From Hemiscyllium ocellatum (lineage: Eukaryota), in the NCBI RefSeq assembly GCF_020745735.1, contig NC_083416.1, forward strand, positions 38,465,131 through 38,529,130: DNA of 64,000 nt, given 5' to 3'. Shown here piece by piece: positions 38,907 through 51,809 of this stretch; position 1 is the stretch's first letter, and the number at the start of each line of letters is the position of its first letter. A program made the translations under genes and the position numbers. The notes beneath the pieces were generated by a model. That model saw only the letters and a list, made by a program, of their open reading frames with translations, did not search any database and was not told where the DNA came from.

Positions 38907-41900
38907 ATTGAGACCATTAGACCATAAGACATAGGAGTGGAAGTAAGGCCATTCCACCCATCAAGTCCACTCCACCATTTAATCATGGCTGATGGGCATT
39001 TCAACTCCACTTACCAGCATTCTCCCCGTAGCCCATAATTCCTTGTGACATCAAGAATTTATCAATCTTGGCCTTGAAGCCATTTAGCGTCCCAGCCTCC
39101 ACTGCACTCTGTGGCAATGAATTGCACAGGCCCACCACTCTCTGGCTGAAGAAATATATCCGCATATGGGCGGCACGGTGGCACAGTGGTCGTGGGCGGC
39201 ACGGTGGCACAGTGGTTAGCACTGCTGCCTCACAGCACCTGTAGACCCGGGTTCAATTCCCGACTCAGGCGACTGACTGTGTGGAGTTTGCACGTTCTCC
39301 CCGTGTCTGCGTGGGTTTCCTCCGGGTGCTCCGGTTTCCACCCACAGTCACAAAGATGTGCGGGTCAGGTGAATTGGCCATGATAAATTGCCCGTAGTGT
39401 TAGGTAAGGGGTAAATGTAGCGGTATGGGTGGGTTGCGCTTCGGCGGGTCGGTGTGGACTTGTTGGGCCGAAGGGCCTGTTTCCACACTGTAAGTCTAAT
39501 CTAATCTCTTCTGTTCTGAATTTACCCCCTTTTAATTCTAAGACTGTGCCCACGGGTCCTAGTCTCCTCACTTAACAGAAACAATTTCTTAACGTCCACC
39601 CTTTCCAAGCCATGTATTATCTTGTAAGTTTCTATTAGATCTCCCCTTAATCTTCTAAACTCCAATGAATGCAATCTCAGGATCCTCAGCTGTTCCTCGT
39701 ATGTTAGACCTGCCATTTCAGGGATCATCCGTGTGAATCTCTGCTGGACACGCTCCAGAGCAAGTATGTCTGATCTGAGGTCTTGGGCCCATAACTGGAC
39801 ACTGTACTCCAAATGGGGCCTAACCAGAGCTTTATAAAGGCTCAGTAGCACATCGCTGCTTTTATATTCCAACCCTGTTGAGATAAATGACAACATTGCA
39901 CTCGCTTTCTTAATCACGGATTCAACTTGCATGTTTACCTTCAGAGAATTCTCGACTAGCACTCCCAGATCCCTTTGTACTTTGGCTTTATGAATATTCT
40001 TACCGTTTAGAAAGTAGTCCATGCTTGTATTCTTTTTTCCAAAATGCAAGACCTCACATTTGCTCACGTTGAATTTCATCAACCATTTCCTGGACCACTC
40101 TTCCAAACTGTCTAGATCCTTCTGCAGCCTCCCCACTTCCTCAGTACTACCTGCCTGTCCACCTAATTTCGTATCATTGGCAAACTTTGCTAGAATGCCC
40201 CCAGTCCCTTCATCCATATCATTAATATATAAGGCGAACAGCTGCAGCCCCAAAACTGAACCCTGTAGGACACCGCTTGTCACCGGCTACCATTCAGAAA
40301 AAGAACCTTTTATCCCAACTCTCTGCCTTCTGTCAGACAGCCAATCCTTAATCCATGCTAATAGCTCACCTCGAGCACCATGGGCCTTCACCTTACCCAG
40401 CAGCGTCCCGTGTGGCACCTTCTCAAAGGCCTTGTGGAAGTCTAGATAGACCACATCCACTGGGTTTCCCTAGTCTAACCTAGGGAAACCGCTTCAAAGA
40501 ATTCTAACAGGTTTGTCAGACACGACCTCCCCTTACTAAACCCATGTTGACTTGTTCTAATCTGACCCTGCTCTTCCAAGAATTTAGAAACCTCATCCTT
40601 AACGATGGATTCTAGAATTTTACCAACAACCGAGGTTAGGCTAATTGGCCTATAATTTTCCATCCTTTGTCTTGATTCTTTCTTGAACAAGGGGGTTACA
40701 ACAGCGATCTTCCAATCATCCGGGAATTTCCCTGACTCCAGTGACTTTTGAAAGATCTCAACCAATACCTCTGCTATTACCTCAGCCACCTCCCACAGAA
40801 CTCTAGAATGTAGCCCATTGGGGCCAGGAGATTTGTCAATTTTAATACCTTTTAGCTTTTCTAGCACTATCTCTTTTGTAATGGCAACTCAGCCTCCTGA
40901 CTCCCTTTAATTTTTGGATATTACTCATGTGAAGACTGATGCAAAGTACTTATTAAGTTCTCCTGCTATTTCCTTATCCCCCATCACTAGCCTTCCAGCA
41001 AGATTTTGAAGTGGCCCAATGTCTACTTTTGCCTGTCGTTTGTTTCTTATGTATTGAACGAAATCTTTACTATCATTTCTAATATTACTGGCTAGCCTAC
41101 CTTCATATTTGATCCTCTCCTTCCTTATTTCTCTCTTTGTTATCCTCTGTTTGTTTTTGTAGCCTTCCCAATCTTCTGATTTCCCACTGCTTTTGGCTAC
41201 TTTATAGGATCTCTCTTTTTCTTTGATCCACTTACTGACTTCCTTTGTCAGCCATGGCTGTCTAATCCCTCCCTGGATAATCTTTTTTTTCTTGGGGATG
41301 AACCTCTGTACAGTGTCCTCAATTATACCTACAAACTCCTGTCATTTTTGCTCTACTGTCTTCCCCGTTAGACTCTGCTTCCAGTCGATTTTCGTCAATT
41401 CCCCTCTCATGCCCTCGTAATTACCTTCATTTAACACCATTACATCTGATTTTGTTTTCTCTCTTTCAAACTGCAGACTGAACTCTACCATATTATAATT
41501 GCTGCTTCCTAAATGTTCCCTTACTTTAAGATCTTTTATAAAGTCTGGTTCATTACATAGCACGAGGTCCAGAATAGCCTGCTCCCTTGTAGGCTCCATA
41601 ACAAGCTGTTCCAAAAAGCCATCCTGTAAGCATTCCATGAATTCCTTTTCTTTGGAGCCACTGGCTACATTATTTACTCAATCCACCTACATATTGAAGT
41701 CCCCCATGATCACCGTGACCTTGCCTTTCTGACATGCCTTTTCCATTTCCCGGTACATATTGCGCCCCTGGTCCTGACCACTGTTAGGAGGTCTGTACAT
41801 AACTCCCATTATGACTTTTTTGCCTTTGTGGTTCCTCAATTCCACCCACACAGACTCCACATCATCCGACCCTATGTCATTCAGTGCCATAGATTTAATT

Positions 41901-42180
41901 TTGTTCTGAACTAATAAAGCCACTCTGCCCCCTCTGCCCACCTCCCTGTCTTTTCGATAAGTTGTAAATCCTTGGATGTTTAACTGCTAGTCATGAACCC
42001 CCTGCAGCCATGTCTCTGTGATGCCTACCACATCATAATCATTCACGATGATCTGTGCCGTTAGTTCATCTACTTTGTTATGAATGCTACGAGCATTCAG
42101 GTAAAGTGCCTTAATGCTAACTTTCTTATCAGTAGAGATATTGGAAGTCATAAGATGTCCTAAGTTATCCTTCCTTTTTG
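38907..42180 (-). mobile_element. CR1 LINE ORF2 (APE + RT), relatively young, 5'-truncated
   Basis: Long ORF pieces 41687-41941, 41342-41638, 40475-40867, 39522-40283 (GRGGRVALL, IMGDFN, NYRPISLTS, QGSVLG); gaccatta tandem tail. Confidence 0.95.
39167..39507 (+). mobile_element. Young HE1-type V-SINE nested in CR1, 5' end duplicated
   Basis: tgggcggcacggtggcacagtggt twice (39167, 39193); B box gggttcaattcc; CpGs largely intact; ctaat tail. Confidence 0.92.
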
Positions 42181-42849
42181 TGGTGAAAGTCTTGGAGCTG
42201 ATGAAGGGTGAAAAGGAATCATTGCTGTTTCATCTTTAAAGGGGTCTCTAGTTTCTTTCTCAGAAGTGGAGGAAGACCTGATGGGCTGAGGGTCCAGCCT
42301 TTTTGGGGCACAAGCTGAACAGGTTGCAAAGGGAACTAGCTGTGCAATAGGGGTAGAAGTTTGAGCATATTAAGTACACTTTAATAATTGGAGAGAACAA
42401 TGCTCATTTCTTGTCTTCACATGTTTTGGCATCTCTCTATGAGCAACCCTGATCCTCTCTGACATTTTCAAGCATTTTATCCTTATATGCATGAGGAGAT
42501 AAAGGTTCACTCGATCTGTCTTTGCCTCTTCAACCCTATTTTGCAACATTTTCTCCTGCAATGAGACAAAGATAGATAATGAGTGCAATAAGAATGGATG
42601 GAGAAGCCATCACTGGCAGTGCAGGAGCAGAGAAAGGTGATATTTTCCTAGTGAGTGAATAGCAAGTGTAGAGGACAGAATGACTCAGGGGTTTGTTAGA
42701 ATGAGATGGATGGAAGCTATCAAGGGAAGGTATGGTGTGCAGTAGTGAATATAATAGTCCACTAGTCTTAGGGAAAGGTGCCTGCAATGGCAGAGTTAGA
42801 ATGAACATGAAGTAACAGAGAGAAGATAGTGGCACTTACACATATCTAT

Positions 42850-43065
42850 ACCCGTGGTCCTTGACCTTCTTACAACATTGCTGGGTATTTCTTCTCACTG
42901 TGATCACTACATAGGTGGCTATCTGTTTCCATGCTGGTAGCGTCAAGCACTGTGGCCCATTGTGGCATTTCTGAGGAAAAAGGATATTCCTCTCTATCAC
43001 GTCATCCACCAGAATCTCCAGGACCCAGTTTACAAACCTAAATGCTATCTTCCCTTTCTTGGTGA
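42850..43065 (-). pseudogene. Harbinger Myb/SANT-like DNA-binding domain remnant
   Basis: FRFVNWVLEILVDDVIERNILFP...AWKQIATYV...RRNTQQCCKKVKD, the trihelix pattern of Harbinger ORF2 (NAIF1/TSNARE1-like family). Confidence 0.75.
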
Positions 43066-44397
43066 TTTCCTCAAGAGTAATGTTCAAGTTGCTGACTTGG
43101 AATGGCAGTTCCAGGTTTGCTTTATTTGAACTGGTGTACATCTGGAATTTAAATGTGATGCCCACAACAATGAGCTGTTCTGTATCTGTGAATGTGCAAT
43201 TCAATGTAAAGATCACTGAGGAGACTGGATACATAATGAATAAGGTTGGTAGCAGAAGTCTGTATAACCAACAAATGGAAACACCCCCATGAAATCCCCT
43301 GAAAGCAATGCGGTCAAAATATGGACAGATTCAGTCCAAAATACCTTAGTACAATAATCAGACATGTCATCAGTATTGAAAAAAAATTCAGAGGTGAACC
43401 AAATAGAATTCAAATTTGGGTATCCTACAGAAAACAAATTGTGAGAATAGAATAACTTCCACCTGGATAATAAGACATATGTTGAACAAGTAAATATCTT
43501 TTGTGCACAACTGGTGGTGCAGCAGATAATGCTACAGCTCAGGAACAGGTAAAAGCAGCAACAAATATATTCAAAAGTGGCATGGAAAGCCTTGGAAAGC
43601 TATTTCAACCCCAGAAGTAAGAACATTTTTGAAAACCAAGTTTTATCTGGTTGGAAAATGAGACCTGTTGCTCTTGAGATTGAGAATGTCCTTACTGCCA
43701 ATCTCACCGTACGTTGTTAACTTTCTCTCCAATTCCCCTGTCATTCAGAGGCTGCACAGATTCTACCCACTAAATCCAAATCTCTTACTCTTATCCCATG
43801 TGTTGTCCATTCCTTATTCAGAAATGGTTGAAATGAACCCTTCCATTATTTTAAAGCTATTAAGTTATCAGGTGTCATCCCACTTTGTATCTATAAAATC
43901 TTATTGGCTAACACACATATCTACTTCTCTTTTCTAAATCCCATGAATTAACGTTTCATTTCATGAAAAAATGGTATATACTTTGAGTCACAAAACAGTT
44001 GGCAAATAATGTTGTTGTCCTCTTCTTAATGCTATTACAACTGTCATAAACCATTCACCTAATATTCCCAAGAATAACATGCAATTAAAATCAAACATTT
44101 TTAGCAGAGCATCAGGATGTTCGTTTAAAAAATATGGATGTCTGTTTGATAGGAGTTAATAGATCAAAGCAACTAATAATTAACAAAGCAGCAATAATGT
44201 GTGGCTTTTGTTTAAAGACAAGATGTCATGTTAGGTTCAAGCTACTGGTTTCAAAATTTTTACTAATTTATTTGAAGCTGATGCACAAACGTTGGATTGC
44301 ACACAGTTTAATTAAACAGGCATAATTATTTTACCCAGACCCAAAGGCACCATTTAGGTCTTCTAGCTGGGAAGACCAGATACCCCCCCATGCATCT

Positions 44398-44730
44398 GAA
44401 TTAGAATACTTACAGTGTGGAAACAGACCCTTTGGCCCAACAAAGTCCACGCTGACCTCCTAAGAGCATCCCACCTAAACCCATGCCCCATTACTCTACA
44501 TTTACCTCTGTCTACTTCATCTAACCGACACATCCCTGAACAATATGGGCAATTTAGTGTGGCCAATCCATTAATCTGGACTGTGGGAGGAAACCAGAGC
44601 ACCCGGAGAAAGCCCATACAGACACAGGGAGAATGTGCAAACTCCACACAGACAGTTGCCTGAGGCAGGAATCAAACCCAGGTTCCTGATGCTGTGAGAC
44701 AGCAGTGCTAAGCACTGAGCCACCGTGCAT
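44398..44730 (-). mobile_element. HE1-type V-SINE
   Basis: Minus strand cacggtggctcagtgcttagcactgctg...gggtttgattcc; V-SINE core; ttagaatacttacagtgtggaaacag tail. Confidence 0.88.
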
Positions 44731-45384
44731 CCCCACCCAATGTGCCACCCCACCCACCATGCTGCCCCACACACTGTGCCACCCCATCTGTCGTGTACAT
44801 TTTGTCAGAAGCAGAAGTTTAGTCTGTTCAAAATGCTGATAGCAAAGGTCAAAATTTGAAACGTTTCTTCAAACCAATGTGATGACATAAAAATTTGCAG
44901 TATTATTATATATTATCAAAATGCTATGTTGTGAAGATAAATTAACCACTCCAGCTGAGACAATAACCCCTGTGAAATTGATATGAAAGATCAAGGATCC
45001 TCCAGTTCAGAGAGAGCTATTGATCGAAAACCATCAGACAGTCCCAGATAATTCCCTTCTACCAAATAAATTGCCAGTCTTACAAGCCCAAAGAGAATTC
45101 ATTAGGTTTGAGAATTGTGAATTCTGAAAATTGCTTGAATTTGTCAAGTCAAAGACTTGTGGTGAGATTGTGGTGTTGATATTGGTAAATGTAATTACTT
45201 AAACAAATATATAATGATAAGGTAAGAAGAATAAAAGAAGCTTTGGCAATAGGATGTTTTATATGGGTCTGAAAGGTTCTGAATAGTTTAGTTCTGATTA
45301 AGTACCCTAAGCATCACCGATGTCATGTGGACTGGGAAGGAAAGTAAAAAAGGATTGTGAAGGAGTCATACATAAACCCAAATA

Positions 45385-45512
45385 AAATCAAAATACCGTG
45401 GATGCTGGAAGTATGAAAGAAATACAGAAAATGCTGGAGAAACACAGAAAGTCTAATAGCATTTGTGGAGAAGAAGGAAATAGTTAACATTGAGTCCAGT
45501 ATGACTCTTCTT
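45385..45512 (-). mobile_element. Penelope terminal-repeat fragment
   Basis: gatgctggaag...aaatgctggagaaacacag...gttaacattgagtcc...gactcttc. Confidence 0.6.
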
Positions 45513-45647
45513 TGTAATGCAGAAAACCATGTCCTTCTAACAGCTCCTGTAAACATGTATACCATATCCTTGTATAATATGTAAATAGTCGCAGAGATGA
45601 ATAAACGAATGTATTTTTTTTTAATTTCTAAAATTACTTCTCATTAG

Positions 45648-45807
45648 ACCAGAAAATGACTACTACCATTCACACTATACCAGGAAGGGTATGGAGAAAT
45701 GTATACATAAAAGCTATTGGAAGCAGCTCATGCAAAAGATCATGGACTATTTACAAACCAACTGTTTGCTTGAACAAGAGAGAATTACATTAATTGAAGA
45801 AATAGAG
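45648..45807 (+). CDS. Candidate internal coding exon, 53 codons (PENDYYHSHYTRKGMEKCIHKSYWKQLMQKIMDYLQTNCLLEQERITLIEEIE), product unknown
   Basis: T-rich tract plus cattag acceptor, GAG|gtaaag donor, frame open across 160 nt of AT-rich non-repeat DNA. Confidence 0.5.
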
Positions 45808-46336
45808 GTAAAGATACACGTTTCTGAATAGGTTGGTTAACTGGAGGTTTAGACACATATGCACAACCCAGTTAGAGATTCTTGAGACCTAATGATTATT
45901 TTGATCCTGCATAAATTTAGAATTTTCACTTGAAATGTAAAAGAAATGGAATTACTTTTGTCTATAGATGTAGATTCAATCCCTTATTTGAAGCATATGC
46001 AGTGCAGCCTTTATGGACTATTGAATAGAAAATGAGTGCTCTTTGGCTGTCTGGCTGTTAAAAATGATTTGTTTGTTTGTGATTCTTTTTTGTGTCTATA
46101 TTCCTCCAGTCTAATACACTGGGACCAATTATCCTGTCCCATAACAGTGCTAGAATCTTGGACACAACATAATGCTGACACATGCAGTATTATCTATCAA
46201 ATCTCCTCTATGCAACAAAATCCATCACATTCAAATACATATTGTTCTCTTTTAAAAAGTATACCCTTTACATTTCTATGTGATATATTGTGCACCATTC
46301 TTGAGCGGAAAACACAAATTGATGATTTATTCCCAG

Positions 46337-46372
46337 GTTATTGTTCTTGATCGAATACCGGCGATAATATGA
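46337..46372 (+). CDS. Possible terminal coding exon (VIVLDRIPAII*)
   Basis: ttattcccag acceptor, phase 0 matches the 45807 donor; short and weakly supported. Confidence 0.2.
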   Translation, partial: VIVLDRIPAII

Positions 46373-46765
46373 GCAATCGGAATTGACGTGATCCAAATTA
46401 GAAGAACTCTCTTTCACAAACCTCTGATAGTAAAGTCAAGTTGCTACAATGATGCAAGTGAATACAAATCCATACCACATTACTCTATTGCACAGTGTGT
46501 GCTCCATCAACATATTGCCATACTGTTCCATCCTGTTGCCAACATCCAGTTTAAGTCACTTTGATTTACAAAGGGCTTATTGTCAGTAATACACTCCTTT
46601 GAAAGGTTTTGAACAGAAGTGAATATAAAACATCGACATGCTATGGCATAAAAGAGGCATTTGCCTTTTTGTGAAATAAAGCACAATACCAACAATTGCA
46701 GCAGAAAATGCTGCATTAGTTTTATACCTTAATTAGGCTCCTTAAGCAGATACAAAACAGAAAAA

Positions 46766-46810
46766 CAGTGTTCTGAAGAAGGGTCAGTTGACCCGAAACA
46801 TTATTGATGC
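46766..46810 (+). ncRNA. Minimal hammerhead ribozyme motif in a Penelope terminal repeat
   Basis: gtt-CTGAAGA-A-GGGTC(AGTT)GACCC-GAAA-CATT; followed by PLE tail to ~46870. Confidence 0.7.
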
Positions 46811-48093
46811 TTTCTCTCCACCAAATCTGCTGTGTTTCTCCAGCATTTTTTTTTGTTTCAGATTTCCAACATCTGTAGTTCTATGTTTCATTCCTTAAGC
46901 AGTTGGATTGTTGAAGCATTGGGTGGAATCTTACAGGGACTTAAACTACACGGGTTCTCACAAGGTTTATGGCAGAATTGTGCAAAAGTCCGGCGGGGTC
47001 TTTTTCTATGTCAGATGCAATATGTTGGATGGTTTCCATATTTGTTGAACAATGAAGCAATTTGGCACAGCAAATTATCAATTATAAGAGATTAGAGCTT
47101 GTTAACACCTTGTTATTACCACAACCTGCCTCAATCATATCCATCTTGTTTTTTAATAAACTTGGTGAACAAGCTACACATTAAGAATTCTTGAAATAGA
47201 TGTCATAGCAAGTACCTTGGGTCTTCCACTCACTGTCAATTGCAAACAGCTACCATGTTGCTCAGCACCTAACAGCATCTCAGGGTATGGTCCGTGGGTA
47301 GTAGCAACAAATACTTCCTTGTTCATGGACACAGGAATCAACCATTTGTCAATTCGTAATTATCATAATGGCATCTCTCCACATCTCAGGCTTGCTCACT
47401 TATTTAACATCTACCTGAATGCTCGCAGCATCCATGGTTTATCATGCCCTGCCAGTTAGGGCATTGAAAATACAGCCTGAACCAAATGCTATTAGTACTG
47501 CTGTATTGACATACTTTTTTTGTGCATACACCCAGACAGGCTGCTTGTCATGCCTGTCATTAGGGATCTATCTGGTGTGGGGCGAGATGTCTTTCTGTAT
47601 TGCACATTGAGATGACTATCTTACACCTAAAGTATGTGCCAGCCACCTATGCAGCAAACACACTGCACACTTATTCAACCAAATTATGATGTCAGAAAGT
47701 GGCTAGAATCTAGAATTCAATCCAATTGGGGGCTGGTAGTGTTGTTCATTCGTGAGTTTGAGTACGATCAATCACTGACATAATTCACATGCGACTTAAC
47801 CATGGTCATTCATTCACTGAGGCCAATCACCTCAGGTCACGATCAGGGAATCTGTCCCAATACAGTCTGGAGGGTGGACAATGTCAGTTGTAAAGGGTCA
47901 GTACCAGCGGGCATGGAAATTGCATTTAATCTGTCAAGGAGTTGCAAACATAGAGGTCAGCCTCTGGTCAATTATGTGTAGTGAACTCTGTTTATTGAAC
48001 TCAGCAATAATCTAGATGAATACAGTCCTGGAGGTTGGACGATTGATCAAACTGGAGGATACAAGGAGGTCCTGTAGGGCAATCGATGTTGTA

Positions 48094-48145
48094 GGGTGGA
48101 TGGGGGGGGGGGGGGGTGGAGGGAGGGGGGGAGGAGTTGGGGGGA
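48094..48145 (+). repeat. Poly-G / G-run tract (potential G-quadruplex)
   Basis: gggtggatggggggggggggggg-tggagggagggggggaggagttgggggg. Confidence 0.75.
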
Positions 48146-48979
48146 AGAAAAGACATGGGTAGAGGTGGAGACAAGACTGTAACAGGGAAAGCTCAAGGTG
48201 TATTAATGATGGAACAGTTTCAAAGGACATGGTAGGCTTTGGGAGGAAGGATTATTGGCAGTGGCCACCATCAGGACCAGAATGGGCATCATTAAGGTGT
48301 AATGACAGGACTCAGTTAGTGAAAGCACAGCTGGAGGCAAAGATCAACTTAATGTGTCTCCACATGAAGGTCATAAGTGGAAATGGACTGTCAGGGTTGC
48401 TTGAGGTAAAAGGCAATGGAGATTGTAGGGGAAAACTGATGACAAGCTGGCTTCAGGTGCTGGTGTTTCTTAATCATGAACTACATTCCCTGTCATCACT
48501 TGCCATTCTCTAGATACAAAATGCAACTGGAAAATGTCTGGGACAATGCCCAAGATGGGTGCAGTCAGGGTCAATGTGATGGGCAAAAGCCTGCTATTCA
48601 AGGCTGCCAGACTAGTGTCATTGATGGGGCAACTATTAGGAGGCACTTGCATACACCAACTACATTTAATTTGCAATCATTTCATTGTCCTTTTGTAATG
48701 TATGCAGTGTGAACATACAAACACTAGTGATTTGTACTATGACCCCCCGCCCATTGGTCCTTGCAAATTGAACATTGGCTTCTCAGTAATGCTCAAGAGG
48801 CAAATACTGGCACAAGTCAAGCCATTATCATGAAAAAGGATGCTGTGGGGAGCAGAGACCACCCTTCATTATCTGTCATGTAAATTTGATGATGGTCTAT
48901 ACAGATTGATATGAAAAGTCGAATGATGGACATGGATGGGAAGGTCACTCTCTTTTTATGTCATATGTAAGGTCACGAG

Positions 48980-50040
48980 TAGTGGCAGGCTGTCATGGAG
49001 GATGTGGATCACCTGAGTCAGGAGACATCTCAGCAATAGGGCCTCTGAGGATTTGCGGGGTCTGCAGGAAGACCTGAGTTTTTGTGCTCAACTCTATTCC
49101 CTGTAAAAGAGAAGGCACAATATTGGCACAGTCTATTTAAGTTCCAGGACACTGACATGAGACTGTGCCAGCTGCTAGAGTAGGACCATAGGGTGGCAAG
49201 AGTGAGACGCCATCCTCTCACATTAGCTGTGGAGGTTGTGTCCTATTGTCTCTGCCCAGGGAGCGATGGGTGACCTGTGTGAGATCTATTGGTTGTGCAT
49301 CAGGACAATGACCAGTGCCATTTGTGCAAGACCACACTGGCACATGTTATTTCCTGATGGCAAGGTCAGTGCTGCAGGAGGTATTAAAATGTGGAAACAT
49401 ATCTGGCTGCTTCCATTAACTTATCATTAACTGCACACACGTGGTACTGAGAAGCCAACTCACAACGCTGCAGAATTCATCAATGAGAAGTTTATCATTT
49501 CATTGGTGTTTGGGCTGTCTGTAATCACCAGTACCACTTTCTGGAGCATGTTCACACTTACATGGTAGCTGCTATGGCTCCTCCATTATTGAGCATTTTG
49601 CTTATCTGGTATGTTTGTGATTCCGAATGCCTTACTAAGCTAGTTATTGAAGGTCAAGATTTATCCATTATGGTTATGGTACTTCACAGCATTGCTCAGC
49701 CCTATAAACTGATAGAGAGCCCAGATACAATGCTGCTTGTATTTTGATCAAGGCCATGGTGGAGCAAATGATATGACTGCTGAAAATGTGGTTCCACTGC
49801 TTAGACCTGTTTGTGGGCCTATAAACTCTAGTATAGTCCAGAAACAGTGTAATACATTTTCCTGTTGTGCTGTGCTCTGCACAATTGAAGCAAGCAATGA
49901 AACAATGTGCTGAGGAGCCGGAAAACAGGAGCAACAGGAGGACAAGGACTTTGGGGAAGAGGGAGTTGTCCTTTTTCATGACTGAGCTCAGTTGCACAAC
50001 ATGCTGCTGCCAAGACAGGACCTAATAGATACCTGGTTCC
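48980..50040 (+). pseudogene. PIF/Harbinger transposase remnant
   Basis: HPLTLAVEV, SAQGAMGDLCEI...CIRTMTSAICAR, INCTHVVL, KAMVEQ...LLKMWFHCLD, CCALHN in the expected order with frameshifts. Confidence 0.75.
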
Positions 50041-50085
50041 CACACATGAGATTTGGAAGCAGTCAACCATCATGAATATTTAATA

Positions 50086-50301
50086 AAAACTGAAAGAACT
50101 GCAGATACTATAAATCAGGAACAAAACCAGAAATTAGCTGGAAGCTCTCGCTAGGTCCGGCAGCATGTATGAAGAGAAATGAGTGTTGGATCCAGTGACT
50201 GAAGTTCTGAGGAAGGGTCTCTGGACATGGAACATTAGCTCTGATTTGTCTTCACAGATGCTGCCAGACCTAATGAGCATTTCCAACAATTTCTGATTTT
50301 G
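50086..50301. mobile_element. Fold-back Penelope-tail element with hammerhead remnant and 18 bp TSD
   Basis: Inverted arms around gttCTGAGGAAGGGTCTCTGGACATGGAACATT; flanks catcatgaatatttaata (50068-50085) / catcgtgaatatttaata (50302-50319). Confidence 0.82.
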
Positions 50302-50884
50302 CATCGTGAATATTTAATAGTTTTTACTCATGATGCCAATATTTGCATTATTGTAGTGACCTGCAGCCTCTTTTCCTTCCGTTTGTGTTTGCTTTTGGGA
50401 CTGTTAGGTAAAACTCATGTCTGAAATCGTATGATTGTTTTCCTGAATAGGATGTCCCCTTACAGGGCATTGACAAGATATGGGTCTACAATGGACATTG
50501 AGGAAAGTGTAGCAATGATCTAGAAAGGGCTACTTAGATGGACTGTAGCTAAGGACAGATAAATTATAGGGAATAGCGTTTAAATGGTGACTAGTGTGAA
50601 AGAATGGGGTTATACATGCGGGCGAATGTTAACCATGCCTGTATGTGCCATGAGCAGTGTGGCTTTGTGCCCACAGCGCCATTGCACAGTGTCTTGGGGA
50701 TAAAGCCAGATTGCTAACAGTTATCTGGATAGACAGTGATGTTTCAAAAATAGCTGCAGTACAAGGGATGCAGGTTGTTTGGTGGATATCGATCGAGTCA
50801 CAATTTGTTCTGGGATCGATGCATGATAAGATGGGGATGGAAACATATGTGAGAGATGTGAAATAGGCATTTAATGAGGTGAGT

Positions 50885-50976
50885 CGAGAGTGTGGTGCTG
50901 AAAAAGCACAGCCGGACAGGCAGCAACCGAGGAGCAGGAGAAGCAACGTTTCCAGCATAAGCTCTTCTTTAGGAAT
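50885..50976 (-). mobile_element. Penelope terminal-repeat fragment with hammerhead remnant
   Basis: Minus strand attcCTAAAGAAGAGCTTATGCTGGAAACGTT. Confidence 0.75.
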
Positions 50977-51809
50977 TATAATGCGGTGAGTTTGGTAAGG
51001 TACAGTGAGATATCCCGATAGGTCTCATGGCTAGTATCCCTGCAAAGAACACAACTCAAAGTTAGCCACAAAAGTATAAGTATGAAGCAAATTTGTGAAA
51101 ATTATAGAGACCATTTCTGAGTGTATCTTTCTTTTACTTCTGCCTGAATCCTTTTATTATTCTATTTACTCAAAGACTTCCAGCAGTTCTGATAACTAGC
51201 GCTCCTTTCAGACTCTGTTTTTCAGACATCAATAGTATCTAATAAGGAGCAGTGAAGTATCTTCCCTACTGTGAATGCTAGGCTAATAGCTCTCTAATTC
51301 AAATAATTCTTGTCTCACTTACATTTATGGAACCCCTGAACTATTAGCCAGAACTTATTTTCTCATTCATTTGTAAATGCTCGGCTCAAGACAACTAGCT
51401 CACATGTCCTACACATACTTAGTCTCTTAGTTTTTATCATGTTATAGAGGCCACTCCAATATAGTTACAGAGCTAAAATTATAACATTGGGAAATCAGCT
51501 GGGTTTATCATTCATAACTTATAGGAAACACACAGCTGGCAAAATGCTGAAATGAAAGAAAACCATCAATATCCAGTACATTCTTGAAGTAATATTGCAA
51601 TGTTTAAGGAGCCTCTTTCAAATGAGACATTAAATGTAGCCTACAGTAAGACCAGTTCTATACTGTTGTAAGTGAGCATTAATAATTGTTACTGCACATA
51701 TGATAGTAAGTGAAGGCATTTTCTGAACCTTTACAAACTTAGTGTCCAGTTCCATGTGATCTGGCATCTCATATCATGGCTTCTAATACACTTGCTCAGA
51801 AGCTATTCT

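Noticed and set aside
39193-39265. tRNA-like sequence with A and B boxes
   Set aside because: It is the head of a SINE, repeated in at least five places and followed by SINE core and LINE-like tail; not a tRNA gene.
45648-45807. Resemblance of the exon peptide to axonemal dynein heavy-chain N-termini (ENDYY, LIEEIE)
   Set aside because: Only short motif recall; neighbouring conserved motifs could not be found, so no gene symbol is assigned.
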